A stretch of DNA of 64,000 bases from Eledone cirrhosa (Eukaryota), in contig OZ024743.1 in assembly GCA_964016885.1 (NCBI GenBank), forward strand, positions 143,468,001-143,532,000, read 5' to 3'. The position numbers and the translations under genes are program-made. Below are positions 40,010 through 51,494 of this stretch, in pieces. Every line of letters starts with the position of its first letter. The first letter of the stretch is position 1. Below the pieces are notes generated by a model that ran no database searches, was not told the DNA's origin, and saw only the letters and a program-made list of their open reading frames with translations.

Positions 40010-41071
40010 TTAAGGATAGAACATTCGAGGAGTCGACGGTTCATTTTTGTCTTCATTATTGTGACTACTTCCAGTATTTAGTGGTGGTGATCTGGATTTT
40101 TCATTTTCATTAGAATAGACCTTTTCATAAGCATAAACCATTATACCAGATACAACAAGCAGGTTTCCACACCACCAAAGAAAAGATTTCTGCTCCTGAA
40201 AGTACAACACAGCCATAATAGTTTGAACTACTGACTTTGCATTTATACTAATGTGATGGGTCACTGGTGATGTGTATTTGATTTGGAGAGCACTGGCCCA
40301 GCCAATACCCAAACTCAACAGTCCTGAACATGTAAGAAATATCCAAAACCATGGGTCATAAAATGTTGGTGAATTAAGCACCATAGATAACTGCCCTGAG
40401 CTATATATTAAAGGAATGAAAATAATGGCTCCATTGATACTGTTACAATAAGTCAATTTTAAAGTGTCTCCCATAACAATTTTCTCACCCTTTTTTAAGT
40501 AGATCCCGCAAAGTGCAACAAAAAAACTAGCAACAATTCCATAGAGGATACCCCATAATGATAAAGTACCCGAGACATCTTCTTCTTTTACACTTAGTGA
40601 GAAGCCACCAATAACCAAGAAACAACAGAGAAGAACTTTACGTGTAAATGGTTTACAAAGTATGTAAACTGACAGCATAACAGTGAAGACTAATGTGAAA
40701 GAGCGAGCCACTTGGTAAAATGCCACACTAATGTGCTTCAGCATCAAATTATTTAATGTTAAACCTCCAACAAATGTATAGGACAGAATCAATATATCTC
40801 CTTCCAAAAGTGTCCTTGGGTGAACTGTTGGAATCTGAAAGGACCATTTCATGAAATTGAAGACAAGTCCAGCCAGAAAGATCATTAAAGAAGCTGTACA
40901 GCATTGATACCAGGCAACAAATATTGACATATCATAGTTACCAAAGCTGCCACTCAATATGTGTTTATTCACAAAGATTAGAGACAAAGACACAATCCAA
41001 TACAGGAATATAACACTCGCGACTTTCCATATTTCACCATCTTTAATCCTGCTTCTTGTTACTGAAATCAT
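40010..41071 (-). CDS. SLC35C1: GDP-fucose transporter 1-like nucleotide-sugar transporter (353 aa), single coding exon
   Basis: YWIVSLSLIFVNKHILS, VAFYQVARS, LQIKYTSPVTH, KSFLWW; multiple hydrophobic helices; polypyrimidine tract plus CAG acceptor 1 nt before the ATG at 41071. Confidence 0.88.
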   Translation of the reverse strand: MISVTRSRIKDGEIWKVASVIFLYWIVSLSLIFVNKHILSGSFGNYDMSIFVAWYQCCTASLMIFLAGLVFNFMKWSFQIPTVHPRTLLEGDILILSYTFVGGLTLNNLMLKHISVAFYQVARSFTLVFTVMLSVYILCKPFTRKVLLCCFLVIGGFSLSVKEEDVSGTLSLWGILYGIVASFFVALCGIYLKKGEKIVMGDTLKLTYCNSINGAIIFIPLIYSSGQLSMVLNSPTFYDPWFWIFLTCSGLLSLGIGWASALQIKYTSPVTHHISINAKSVVQTIMAVLYFQEQKSFLWWCGNLLVVSGIMVYAYEKVYSNENEKSRSPPLNTGSSHNNEDKNEPSTPRMFYP

Positions 41072-41819
41072 TCTGCAATGAGAGAGAGAAAAAGAGAAAA
41101 ATAATGAAATCATTATAGAATCCAGTAACAAATAAATATAGTTATATACAAAAGACCCAACCACCAGTACTAGCACTACAACACTAAAACTAAACATGGT
41201 AAGACACTGGAGGCTACTGTTTGACAAACTGAGACAATGTAAGGTTTGAGAGGACTTTTATCTGATTGAGCATTGAGCATGTGAAAACTGCCCTAGTACT
41301 GGTGCCATGATAAAATTCATCCAGTACACCCAGTAAAGTGTTAGTGCCATGATAAAATGAATTCATACCACTTTATAAAGATGTCATACTGGTACCATAA
41401 AAAACACACCCAGTACACTGTAAGATGGTTGGTGTTAGAAACCAAATATGGAACATAATGAACAAAAAGTGCTTCAACCTGTTTCATCTCAAACTATAAA
41501 AACCTGCCCAACCCATGCCAGCAGTTAAAACAATTTAAAAACAATAAAATACAGGAAGAGAGAAGTTAATTCAAACTCGGCTGGACTTATCTAATTATGG
41601 CTATTCACCAGACCGGAAGCAAGCAGCATGGGTGATGGCCACCCGTATATATTTTGTTTACGGATGAGAAAAGATTAGCAGGGATGGCAGGGGATATATA
41701 TTCATTTAATGGCTAAGTGATGAGCCTTGTTACTCTGGGGTTTCCCCACTTAGGCATTAAATTGATATTTTAACTCTGGTTTTGTGTACATTTTTCCTGT
41801 CCATTAATAATACTTGGAT

Positions 41820-41993
41820 TGGCAGTATCGGTGGAGTGTCGGATGCCATGCTTTCCAGCATAGTTACGTCCCTTTACGATCTGAGTTCAAATCCCGCCGA
41901 GGTTGACTTTGCCTTTCATCCTTACGGGGTCGATAAAATAAAGTACCAGTAATGCACTGGGTAATTGGTGGCCTTGTGCCTAAAGTAGAAACA
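41820..41993 (+). mobile_element. tRNA-derived SINE with target-site duplication
   Basis: Flanking direct repeat ATTAATAATACTTGGAT at 41803-41819 and 41994-42010. Confidence 0.85.
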
Positions 41994-42090
41994 ATTAATA
42001 ATACTTGGATGGATGGATCATCATCATCATCATTTAACGTCTATCTTCCATGTTAGCATGGGTTATATATATATATATATATATATATAT

Positions 42091-44356
42091 TTCAAGCATG
42101 TCCTACAACGCGATGACCAAAAACGTGAGGTGTTCAGGATTGCTAGGCAATGCGTCAAGGAAAACCGTGATATTGTCGGGGAGAAGTGTGTACTTAACGA
42201 TGATGGCATACTTGCCATCACCGACACTGATAAGAAGGTAGCTTGGAAGTGTCACTATGAAAGGCTACTAAATGAGGAGAATAAATGGGAGAAAGACAGT
42301 CTCCCCCATGTCGACCCAATAGAGGGACCAGCAGTGTTAGTCGAGGGAGTATAATAAGTAAGGCAATCAAGGATATGAAGACAGGTAAGGCGGCTGGGCC
42401 TTCGGAAATAGTTGCTGAGATGCTGAAGGCATCTGGCACGGTGGGACACACCATGGTCACCCGCATAGTTAACCAAGTCGTACAGAATGGGGTTGTTCCG
42501 AAGGACTGGCATACCAGCATCATCGTTAACTGTTTTAAGGGTAAAGGAGACGCCCTAGATAGGAGTAACTATAGAGGCATTAAATTAATCGACCAGGTCA
42601 TGAAGGTCACGGAAAAAGTAATAGCGCAACTAATCAGAGAGAGAATTGACCTAGATGAAATGCAGTTCGGGTTTGTGTCAGGCAAAAGTACCACAGACGC
42701 TCTTTTCATAGTACGACAACTACAGGAGAAGTACCTAGCTAAAGGTAAACCCCTCTACTTAGCTTTTGTCGACTTGGAGAAAGCCTTCGACAGAGTCCCC
42801 CGCTCCATTATCTGGTGGGCTCTTAGAAAACTAGGCGTTGACGAATGGCTTGTGAGGGCTATACAAGCCATGTATAAAGAAACAGTCAGCAAGGTTAGAA
42901 TTAACAACGAATATAGTGAAGAGTTTCGCGTAAAAGTTGGCGTCCATCAGGGCTCTGTTCTCAGCCCCCTACTATTTATTATTGCCCTTCAGGCTATAAC
43001 AGAGGAGTTCAAGACCGGCTGCCCATGGGAACTCCTATACGCAGACGACCTGACACTCATAGCGGAATCAATGGCCGAGCTAGAGAAGAAATTCCAAACA
43101 TGGAAGCACGGCCTAGAGTCAAAAGGACTTAAAATTAACCTGGCTAAGACCAAAGTTCTAGTTTGTAGGAAAGAAAACAAGGCGGCGGTCCCTTCTGGGA
43201 AATGGTCGTGCTCGGTGTGTAGGAAAGGCGTAGGTAGAAACTCCATTTTATGTCCTAAATGCAAAGTATGGGTGCATAAAAGATGTAGTGGGATCACAGG
43301 TAAGCTAACTAAGAACATAGATTTTACATGTGGCCGGTGTTCTGGTGCAATAAGTAGCAGCAAGTGCCCACAAAATACTAGCTCTTTCAATTGCGCAGAG
43401 GGTTCTATAGAAATAGTGGACAGCTTCCGTTACCTGGGCGATAAAATCAGCAGTGGGGGAGGGTGCTCTGAAAGTACTGTAGCTAGAGTCAGAACTGGTT
43501 GGAAAAAGTTCAGAGAGCTTATACCATTATTAGCTGCTAAAGGGTTCTCCCTAAAAATGAAAGGCAGGTTGTACGATGCCTGCATACGAACAGCAATGTT
43601 GCATGGCAGTGAGACCTGGGCATTGTGTGCAGAGGATATACGCAGACTAGAGAGGAACGAAGCTTGCATGCTCCGCTGGATGTGTAACAGTAATATACGT
43701 GAACGGCAAAGCATAAACGAACTAAGGAAAAAATTAGAGATAAGAGGGATCAGATGTTGTTTACTCGAGAGAAGGCTACGTTGGTATGGACACGTGATGC
43801 GCATGAAAGACGATAGCTGTATAACAAAGTGCAGGGCAATAAAGATAGACGGTAGCCACGGAATAGGCAGACCTAGAAAAACCTGGGACGAGCTGATAAA
43901 CTCCGACCTCACACACTTACACCTCTCCAAGACAATGTCACTGGACCGAGACCTTTGGCGGTACTCAGTAACAGAGAAGACCCGCCTTGCCAGTAGGCAT
44001 CTCTAATAAAATACACCCCGTCCCGCCACCACCCCCACCCATCCACACCACCCCGTCCTATGTAAAGTTATGTTAGTGCTGCGCCATCCAGGCCGAAACA
44101 AATGAGATCGTGTAGGTGTCACGACAAAAAAACACACAGTCCACGCTGTAATGTGGCCGTGTAGGCAACACGGTAAAAACCTCCCAGACCCACACTGTAA
44201 ATGTGGTTGGTGTTAGGAAGGGCATCCAGCTGTAGAAAACCTGCCAGACAGTCCTATGCGAGCAAGACAATCACTCTTGCCTCAAGTGGGACTACCCCCG
44301 TCCAAACCCATGCAAGCGTGGAACACGGACGTTAAACGTTGATGATGATGATGATG

Positions 44357-44358
<2 letters not shown>
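42091..44358 (+). mobile_element. Young 5'-truncated RTE LINE (RT, PHD-like finger, 3' UTR)
   Basis: RT motifs QGSVLSP and LLYADD open to the stop at 44006, one frameshift near 42345; (TA)n on both sides; (GAT)n tail. Confidence 0.92.
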
Positions 44359-44391
<33 letters not shown>

Positions 44392-45210
44392 CACACACAC
44401 ATTGTAGGTTATTCAGTAATTTTGTTGATTACTGGAGATGGGCACCAATATGAGCTCTTGGTGCTATAGCAGAGTGTATATAGTATGTATGTTTTGAGAC
44501 CGGACATGTGATGAGTAGATCAATACTGGAGTCGGGCCTATCACCTCAATCCAATCATCTGTGAAATATGTGTGACGTTCAATACACAATCAAAACATTT
44601 TAAAGTGAAACTTCATTATCTTATACAGAGTGAGTAAGTGAGCGTGCATGCATGTAATAACCTTTTTGATGGTTGTTATTCATTAATAATCAAGTGTTTT
44701 ACAATGTGTGGTTCTGCAATTTTTTAACTGGTCTTTTGCTGCTTGATCTGGCTATTAGTAGCACCCTTGAATATGGCTTGAGATAGGGGTGAGGTGGTAA
44801 GGAATGTTTATACCAAAAATATGCAAATTAAATCAATTGAGGATAAGAAATAAATATGTGGTTTGGTGGTTTAAAGAGAGATGCATTGTAGGGGTTAAAT
44901 CAAATGAGGATAAAATTGTAAATGAAGTAATATGGGCCAGATGTTTAACAAATGTTTTCTAGAAATAAGTGACTAATACACAAACATACACGCAATAATC
45001 TGTGTTCTTGTTTTGGTGGTTTAAAAGCAGGTGTGTTCTTCCCACTACCTCCAGCCAAGATATGCTTCTAAACCATCAAAACAAAGACTATTAGGTATGT
45101 GCATATGTATGTGTGTCACATTTATAGAACAAAAATATTTTCTTTTCTCCTGACCACTTCTTAACACTTGACCCATATCTCCTACAGCTGGCAAAGGGCA
45201 ATACTATAGA

Positions 45211-45390
45211 ATCATCATCATCGTTTAATGTCTATCTTCCACGCTAGCATGGGTTAAATGGGTTTGTCCTATTTAGAGGCAAGTTGGGTCAGGAAACCGT
45301 GTCTCGCTCATATATGACTGTTTCTGGCTGGTTTTCTATGTCTGGGTGCCCTTCCTAGCACCAACCACATTTACAGTGTGTGCAGGAAAT
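45211..45390 (-). mobile_element. RTE 3' tail joined to a 5S head
   Basis: cacactgtaaatgtggttggtgctaggaagggcacccag...catgctagcgtggaagatagacattaaac(GAT)n on the - strand. Confidence 0.8.
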
Positions 45391-45507
45391 GCTTACAGCA
45401 TCTAGGTTTCCCAAGCAGTCACCCATGTAAGTACTAACTAGGCTCAACGTTGCTTAACTTTGGTGATCGGACAAGAACCGGTATTTACAGTTTGATATGG
45501 CCATGAT
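45391..45507 (-). pseudogene. 5S rRNA-derived sequence (pseudogene or SINE3 head)
   Basis: Reverse complement ggccatatc...accggttcttgtccgatcaccaaagttaagcaacgttgagcctagttagtacttacatgggtgactgcttgggaaacctagatgctgtaagc follows metazoan 5S over nearly its full length, with substitutions. Confidence 0.88.
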
Positions 45508-45539
45508 ATGTTTCAATTAATTTTGAAAATAACATTTAA

Positions 45540-45743
45540 CCTTTTAGCATTCACATTACTCTATATTTACAATTCTTTTCACAGAAAAGACTTTATCACA
45601 CATAATATCGAATCTATGAGATTTTAATATTTTTAGTACAATACTTTAACTGATGTTAAGGTATGAGAGGCCAGTTCAACCGGTTTGAACAGAAAAAGTG
45701 GAGAGAATTCTAGTCAGATATGGTTGGTTTAAATGCAAAAGGG
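45540..45743. mobile_element. piggyBac-type MITE
   Basis: TTAA-flanked; same internal sequence as 3871 and 36592. Confidence 0.75.
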
Positions 45744-46438
45744 TTAAATGGTATTCGGAACACATCTTAACAAAAGACTCAAACAGAAAATCATGACAGC
45801 TTTTAATTTATATATGAACACACTGAAATTAGAGATTTCATTTGGACACCTAAGGCAGTTTTCAAGCAGGTTGGTCTCAAAAGAATAAAATTAATAGCTG
45901 AATAAAGAAAAATTTGAAGGAAAAAGTTGTATATGCTACTTGAAAATTTCGGCCAGGTTTTTTTTTTCTTTTTTCTAAAGATAAAACAAGTAAAGAATTA
46001 AGTCTTTAGAAATCACAAAAAAAAAAAAACATCAATAAATGATGCCAGATAAAGTAGTGAATGAAGTTATAAACCAATGATTCCCAATATTTCCACTGCC
46101 AAGTGCTTTTTTTTATACCAAACTACCTCAAACCACCTTCAGCTTTATGATACAAAACTGTTTTAAAATCTTTATATTTATCTAAAATATATACACATAT
46201 ATACACATAGAGAGAGAGAGAGAGAGAGAGAGATGCGTCTTTGTGTGTGGTGTGTGTGTGTGGAAGAGAGAAAGAGACGTTAGGTTGAGGAAAGGAGAGA
46301 GTTGAACAGTGTGTAAAGAATAGATAAATAAATAAAAAATAAAAGTTAAAGTTCCTCATTTCTTTCTTTCTCAACCCCTCTCTCTTCCTCTACAGAATGG
46401 AGAATAATAAAGAATGCGCAGATCTCTCTCCCTCTCTC

Positions 46439-46505
<67 letters not shown>

Positions 46506-46989
46506 TTGTGTGTGTGTGTGAACCAGCGTTCGTCGCCATTCTCTCTCTCTCTATCTGAATATCTTGTACCTCTCTCTTTACATCTCCCTTTCTCTCCTCA
46601 GTTTATATATATATATGTATATATATAGTAATAAGCAGCGATTATTTGCTTAAACTTTTGTATAGATGTATATATGTGTGTGTGTGTGTATATATATATA
46701 TAAAGTATATAGGTGTGTGTGTGTGTGAGAGAGAATGTAGCGAAGATAATACGTCAGCATTGACGTATTTGTCAGAATGTCGTTATTCAAACAGATATTA
46801 TAAGGGCTCAACGGAGATGGATAACCGGCGCCTAACACGCCTTTAACAACAGAAAATTGAAAAATAAAAGCTGCAGTTAATATCTTTAGACCGCAAGGAA
46901 TATATAAATGCAAGTTTGAAGTCAATGGGAGTAGAAATGTGGATTTGTATAGACTTTGCAAAAATGAGGACACACACACACAGACAACA

Positions 46990-47046
<57 letters not shown>

Positions 47047-47090
47047 AAGTTAAATAAAAGTCAAATGATTAAAATTTAGCTTCGTTTATT

Positions 47091-47145
47091 ACTGCTATAT
47101 ATATTTCAGTGACAGCCATCTTTGGCTGTGACCTCTTCAGGCAGT
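47091..47145 (-). ncRNA. Type I hammerhead ribozyme motif
   Basis: ACUGC CUGAAGA GGUCACAGCCA-AAGA-UGGCUGUCACU GAAA UAUAUA UA GCAGU. Confidence 0.75.
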
Positions 47146-47364
47146 TTGAATTAGTATGGTATAGACAAGTACATATGTTGTTTAGGTGTATGATATTGTC
47201 AATACTCTGATATGCCCAGTTCCTTGCTGGGTTGTTAATTCACTGGGGAACTGGAGTCATTCCCCAGTGAATTAGCAACCCAGCAAGGAACTGGGCATAT
47301 CAGAGTATTGACAATATCATACACCTAAACAACATATGTACTTGTCTATACCATACTAATTCAA

Positions 47365-47419
47365 ACTGCCTGAAGAGGTCACAGCCAAAGATGGCCGTCA
47401 CTGAAATATATATAGCAGT
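47365..47419 (+). ncRNA. Type I hammerhead ribozyme motif
   Basis: Stem I ACUGC/GCAGU, CUGAAGA core, stem II, GAAA, palindromic UAUAUA stem III, predicted cleavage after 47414; AATAAA at 47420. Confidence 0.72.
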
Positions 47420-47479
47420 AATAAACGAAGCTAAATTTTAATCATTTGACTTTTATTTAACTTTATTTTACACTACTCC

Positions 47480-47662
47480 GTAGTAACCAAACCAACCTGC
47501 GCACTTCGTCGAGTGCTCCAGCCTGCATACTGAGGTGTTGGTATACAACCAACATAAACTCAAAATCTATATATATATATATAGATAGATATGCTGTAGC
47601 TTTCACCCTTACCGCTACATCCAGGATGTGGGAAGAAGCAAGAGTCACTCACTGTGACGTCC
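47480..47662 (-). mobile_element. Short CRE-like non-LTR fragment
   Basis: WDVTVS...ASSHILDVAVR; similar to 49000-49070. Confidence 0.5.
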
Positions 47663-47828
47663 CATTCACACAAATACACATACTTTCACACAAACACATA
47701 CATTTACACAAACACACACATACAGTCATGATAGCATTTGGTGAATTGGAAATGGAAGGGTAAAACAAGTATAACGTTTTATTTATTTATTAACAACACA
47801 GTTTAACTCTTATTTTTTTTTAAACTAA

Positions 47829-48529
47829 CTAGAAAAAAACCACTCTTCGAGTGGTTCTCTACTAGCATGTGTAGTGTGAATTATATGCAAATATACATGC
47901 ATGTAGATATGATACATCAAATAAAATCGTAATTGACAATATGCACAGAAATTGAAGAGAGACTGTTACACTCTTTTCTGTAAATAAAGTAATCCATCGT
48001 ACATTTAAAAAAGACGATATAAACTGCATTACGGTGAAATGTAATGAAAACTTATATAACGATGCAAATATATGGATGTTTATATGAGCGATGTAATAAG
48101 TGTTATGATATAACGAACGCTAACTGGAAGTGTAGACATTTGAAAATGTTAAAAGAAGTGAATCTTAAAATAAGCAATCATTATATTGGCAGTATCGGTA
48201 GAGGGTCGGACGCCATGCTTTGACGCATAGAGTTACGGCCCTTGCCATTCTGAGTTCAAATCTCGCCGAGGTTAACTTTGCCTTTCATCCTTACGGGGTC
48301 GATAAAATAAAGTACCAGTAATACCTGGGTAATTGCTGGTCTTGTGCCAAAAGTAGAAACAATTATATATAAGAATATTTATGTTTAATCAATAGCTACA
48401 AAATTTAGTAGATAAATTAGGTAATATTCATTCATTATTTATTCAAAATAATCGAACTTATTTTACAAACAGGATAAAAAAATGTATTCTGGATGCAGTC
48501 CTACACTCCTTACTTTATTATAGTTTAGA
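47829..48529 (-). mobile_element. Non-autonomous Helitron containing a SINE (48186-48365)
   Basis: On - strand: A|TCTAAACTATAATAAAG start; hairpin AACCACTC-GAA-GAGTGGTT then CTAG|T end; related 3' end at ~50025-50131 (+). Confidence 0.65.
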
Positions 48530-48659
48530 TTTGTATAAACATTTAATATAATGATTACAGAACGAAAACACTAACAAATATAATATATACAAAGGAAAGA
48601 GAAAGGAAAAAAAGAAAGAGAAAAAATACACAAGCACGTAATATCCACATCTTAGACTC

Positions 48660-49200
48660 CATAGAACAATATACAGGCAAAAGAATGGGAAAACGAGACG
48701 CTACCAGAGCAAAAGATAGCAATATAGCGAGCACTGGGAAACCTCTCTAATAATTTTTGAAGCAGGCCAACACGCTCACGGCGTACCTGGGGTGATGGCG
48801 AGGCTGAGGTGGTGGAACAACCAAGTGCCCTCACGAGCATCACCAGTTACCTCTGTTTGGCGAGCCACCCATGAAGATTAAGAACCTCGCTGTCAGTAGC
48901 CCGACTCCCCCAAACGTCTTGAACGCCACAGACTAGATAATGTAGTTAGCTGACAGAACACAATATTTTAAGATTTTGTTCCATTCAGCTGCGGATGCTG
49001 TAGCTATCGCCCTTACCGCTGAATCCAGGATGTGGGAAGAAGCAAAAGAGTCACTAACTGTGACGTCCCAGGTAAGGCACCTGCCTCTTGACCAGGAGCA
49101 CAGAGTAAGACCGTCAAGTCTTTTCCCATCAATTCTGGACAACCCAGACAGTTCTAAAATTGAGAGGATGTTTGCCCGGGCCAAAGCTCTTGAGTGGTAA
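48660..49200 (-). mobile_element. CRE-like non-LTR relic (restriction-like endonuclease domain)
   Basis: DGKRLDGLTLCSWSRGRCLTWDVTVSDSFASSH...AAEWNKILKY. Confidence 0.65.
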
Positions 49201-49374
49201 TAGGACAGTGTGTGTGTATGTGCACACGCGAATTTGTCGGTGTTCTTAAATTAGAGACGTGTGTGTGTGTGTCACTGTTTTTAAGTTAGTGTGTGTATCC
49301 CTTTCTCTCCTTTTACACACACACATTCACACATACACATTGTGTGATGGATGGGTGGACAGAAATTCCTCAAA

Positions 49375-50023
49375 TTTATAATGTGAATGGAGTTCTACTG
49401 AAGCAGTTAGGGAAGTTCAAGTATCTTGGAGCCGTGTTCATGAGTGATGGAATGCAAGAGGCTGAATTAAGTGCAAGAATTGCAAAAGCTGATGCAGTAA
49501 TGCGCCAGCCTCAGCATTCAGCAATCAGAAGAAGGGGGGGGGTGTAAAAGCCAAACTTGCTGTCTTCCTGGTATTCCTGCCAACTCTTACTGAGGATCGT
49601 GAATCTTGAGTAATGCCCAAAAGAATACAATTGCAAATAAAAGCGGCAGAAATGGGATTCCTCCGAAGGGTCTTTGGAGTAACGTTACTCGATAAAGTGC
49701 ATAGCTCAGAGACCAGAGAGTCACTCCTGGTAGAGCCGCTACTTCTCCGAATTGAGAGATCACAACTCCGATATTATGAGCATGTGGTTAGAATGTCTCA
49801 GTAAAGAATCGCTGGACATATTTTACAGTCAAAACCAATCGGCAAGAGACCCAAAGGTAGACCCTAAGCAAGATAGCTGGATAACATCCATGAGCTTGGC
49901 TGGTTATGCTTTGGAATCCAGCTGCATCAGTTAGAGATGTTTGCTTCTGACAGACTCACTGGAAGGAGTGTTTGAGAAGACTGCCCCCACGACCCTCTCA
50001 GAAATAAGTGGGCGAAGAAGAAG
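49375..50023 (+). mobile_element. Expander/Rex3-like RTE 3' fragment
   Basis: KFKYLG, IKAAEMGFLRRVFGVTLLDKVHS, VEPLLLRIERSQLR; (GAA)n end. Confidence 0.75.
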
Positions 50024-51494
50024 ATATTGTCAATTTACTTTTCAATTTACATACATATATTTGCGTATAATACGAATATGCACACTACATATGCTAGCAA
50101 AAAACTTGCCGAAGGGCGGTTTTTATACTAGTATATTCTAATGACTACTAGTTTGTCACCTTATACAGAATTCCAGCAGCTTATACCAGTGTGCTGTATA
50201 TCTACACAAAAGAATCTATTAAATCTATTAGTAGCTAGTGAAAATCATGTTTTAACAATGATCAATTCTTTTATACTATTACTGGTTCCAGTCGTTAAAC
50301 TGTTACTATGCTGTGTCACTGCCTTCGAGGAATTTAGTTGATCATATCAACCCCAGGACTTTTTTTTTTCAAGTCTGGTATGTATTTTATCTATTTCGTT
50401 TTTGTTGAACTATTAAGTTATGGAACACAAACAGTAAACACAGACACACATACATACACAAACATTTTCCATCTACCAAATTTAACTCACAAAGCAATGG
50501 TCAATCCAAGGTTATAGTAGAAAACACTTGCACAAACTAATACATAGTGGGACTGAACCTGAAACAACATGATGGTGAAGCGAACTCCTTAATCACACAG
50601 CCATACCTATGTTCAATGGAAGGATACAAACCAGCTTATCAGGTGCTATTGATTTGTGTAATCAAATGGTGACTAATCCCTCAACCAAATGTTATTGGTT
50701 CATGTACAACACATGATAGCCAGGTCAGCTGTTCAGTAATGGATAGTTATCAAATACCTGATTGTGTTTGGCATATTTAGCTGGAATTTGGGATATAACA
50801 GTATTTTTACAGAAAATTACGATGGAAGAATTCAAATGTGAACATTCAAAAACTTATTTGTAGAATTTCTTTAATATGCATTAAGAAATATATGAAGAAA
50901 AATTCGATTAGGATGGGAGGCAATTTAGTTATGAATTAAAGTTTGAACTCATCAATAGCAGCTGTTGTTTAAAGTCAGGTCAGTTCTATGAAGCTGACCT
51001 GTGATCAAAGCGTTCCAGCCACAACCATTTTATCTTATTTTCAGACAATGTAACCAAGACTACATTATCTAACGTGCCTTTTTTTCCAAGGTGAGAATTC
51101 GGCTGCAACTCTGTAGCAACTCCTTCACTGGCTCAATAGAAATCAAACCTGAAGGTGTTTGTGTTGATGTCTTTTGTTTGTATATGTGTCATTAATATAC
51201 AATTTGTTATGCAAATATGTTAATCCATTACATATAGAAAACAAGTATGTTTAAAAATTATATCAGTAAATCATTATTAAAAAAAAAAAAATCTACATTC
51301 TTTAAAATGCCTAAGTATTGATAATCCCCGTTGTTCTCAAGATTTTCAAAATATATATGCATGGCTGAATGATTATGGAATTTGCTTCACAATCATTAAT
51401 TCCCTGTTTTGATTCCACTGCATGGCATCTTGACAGATACATTTAGTTCCCATAACCTCAAGTTGACTTAAACCTCATTAGTGAAATTGGGCAT

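Larger units (their letters stand above)
47040..47470. repeat. Near-perfect palindrome (211-bp arms, 9-nt spacer); probable inverted Penelope-like pLTR
   Basis: 47040-47250 is the reverse complement of 47260-47470 with two differences seen (47114/47396 and 47235/47275). Confidence 0.95.

Noticed and set aside
41072-41227. N-terminal extension of the 405-aa ORF
   Set aside because: Runs through a polypyrimidine tract and splice acceptor, so it is most likely intron
45391-45507. Functional 5S rRNA gene
   Set aside because: Single copy with many substitutions, altered box C and no oligo-T terminator
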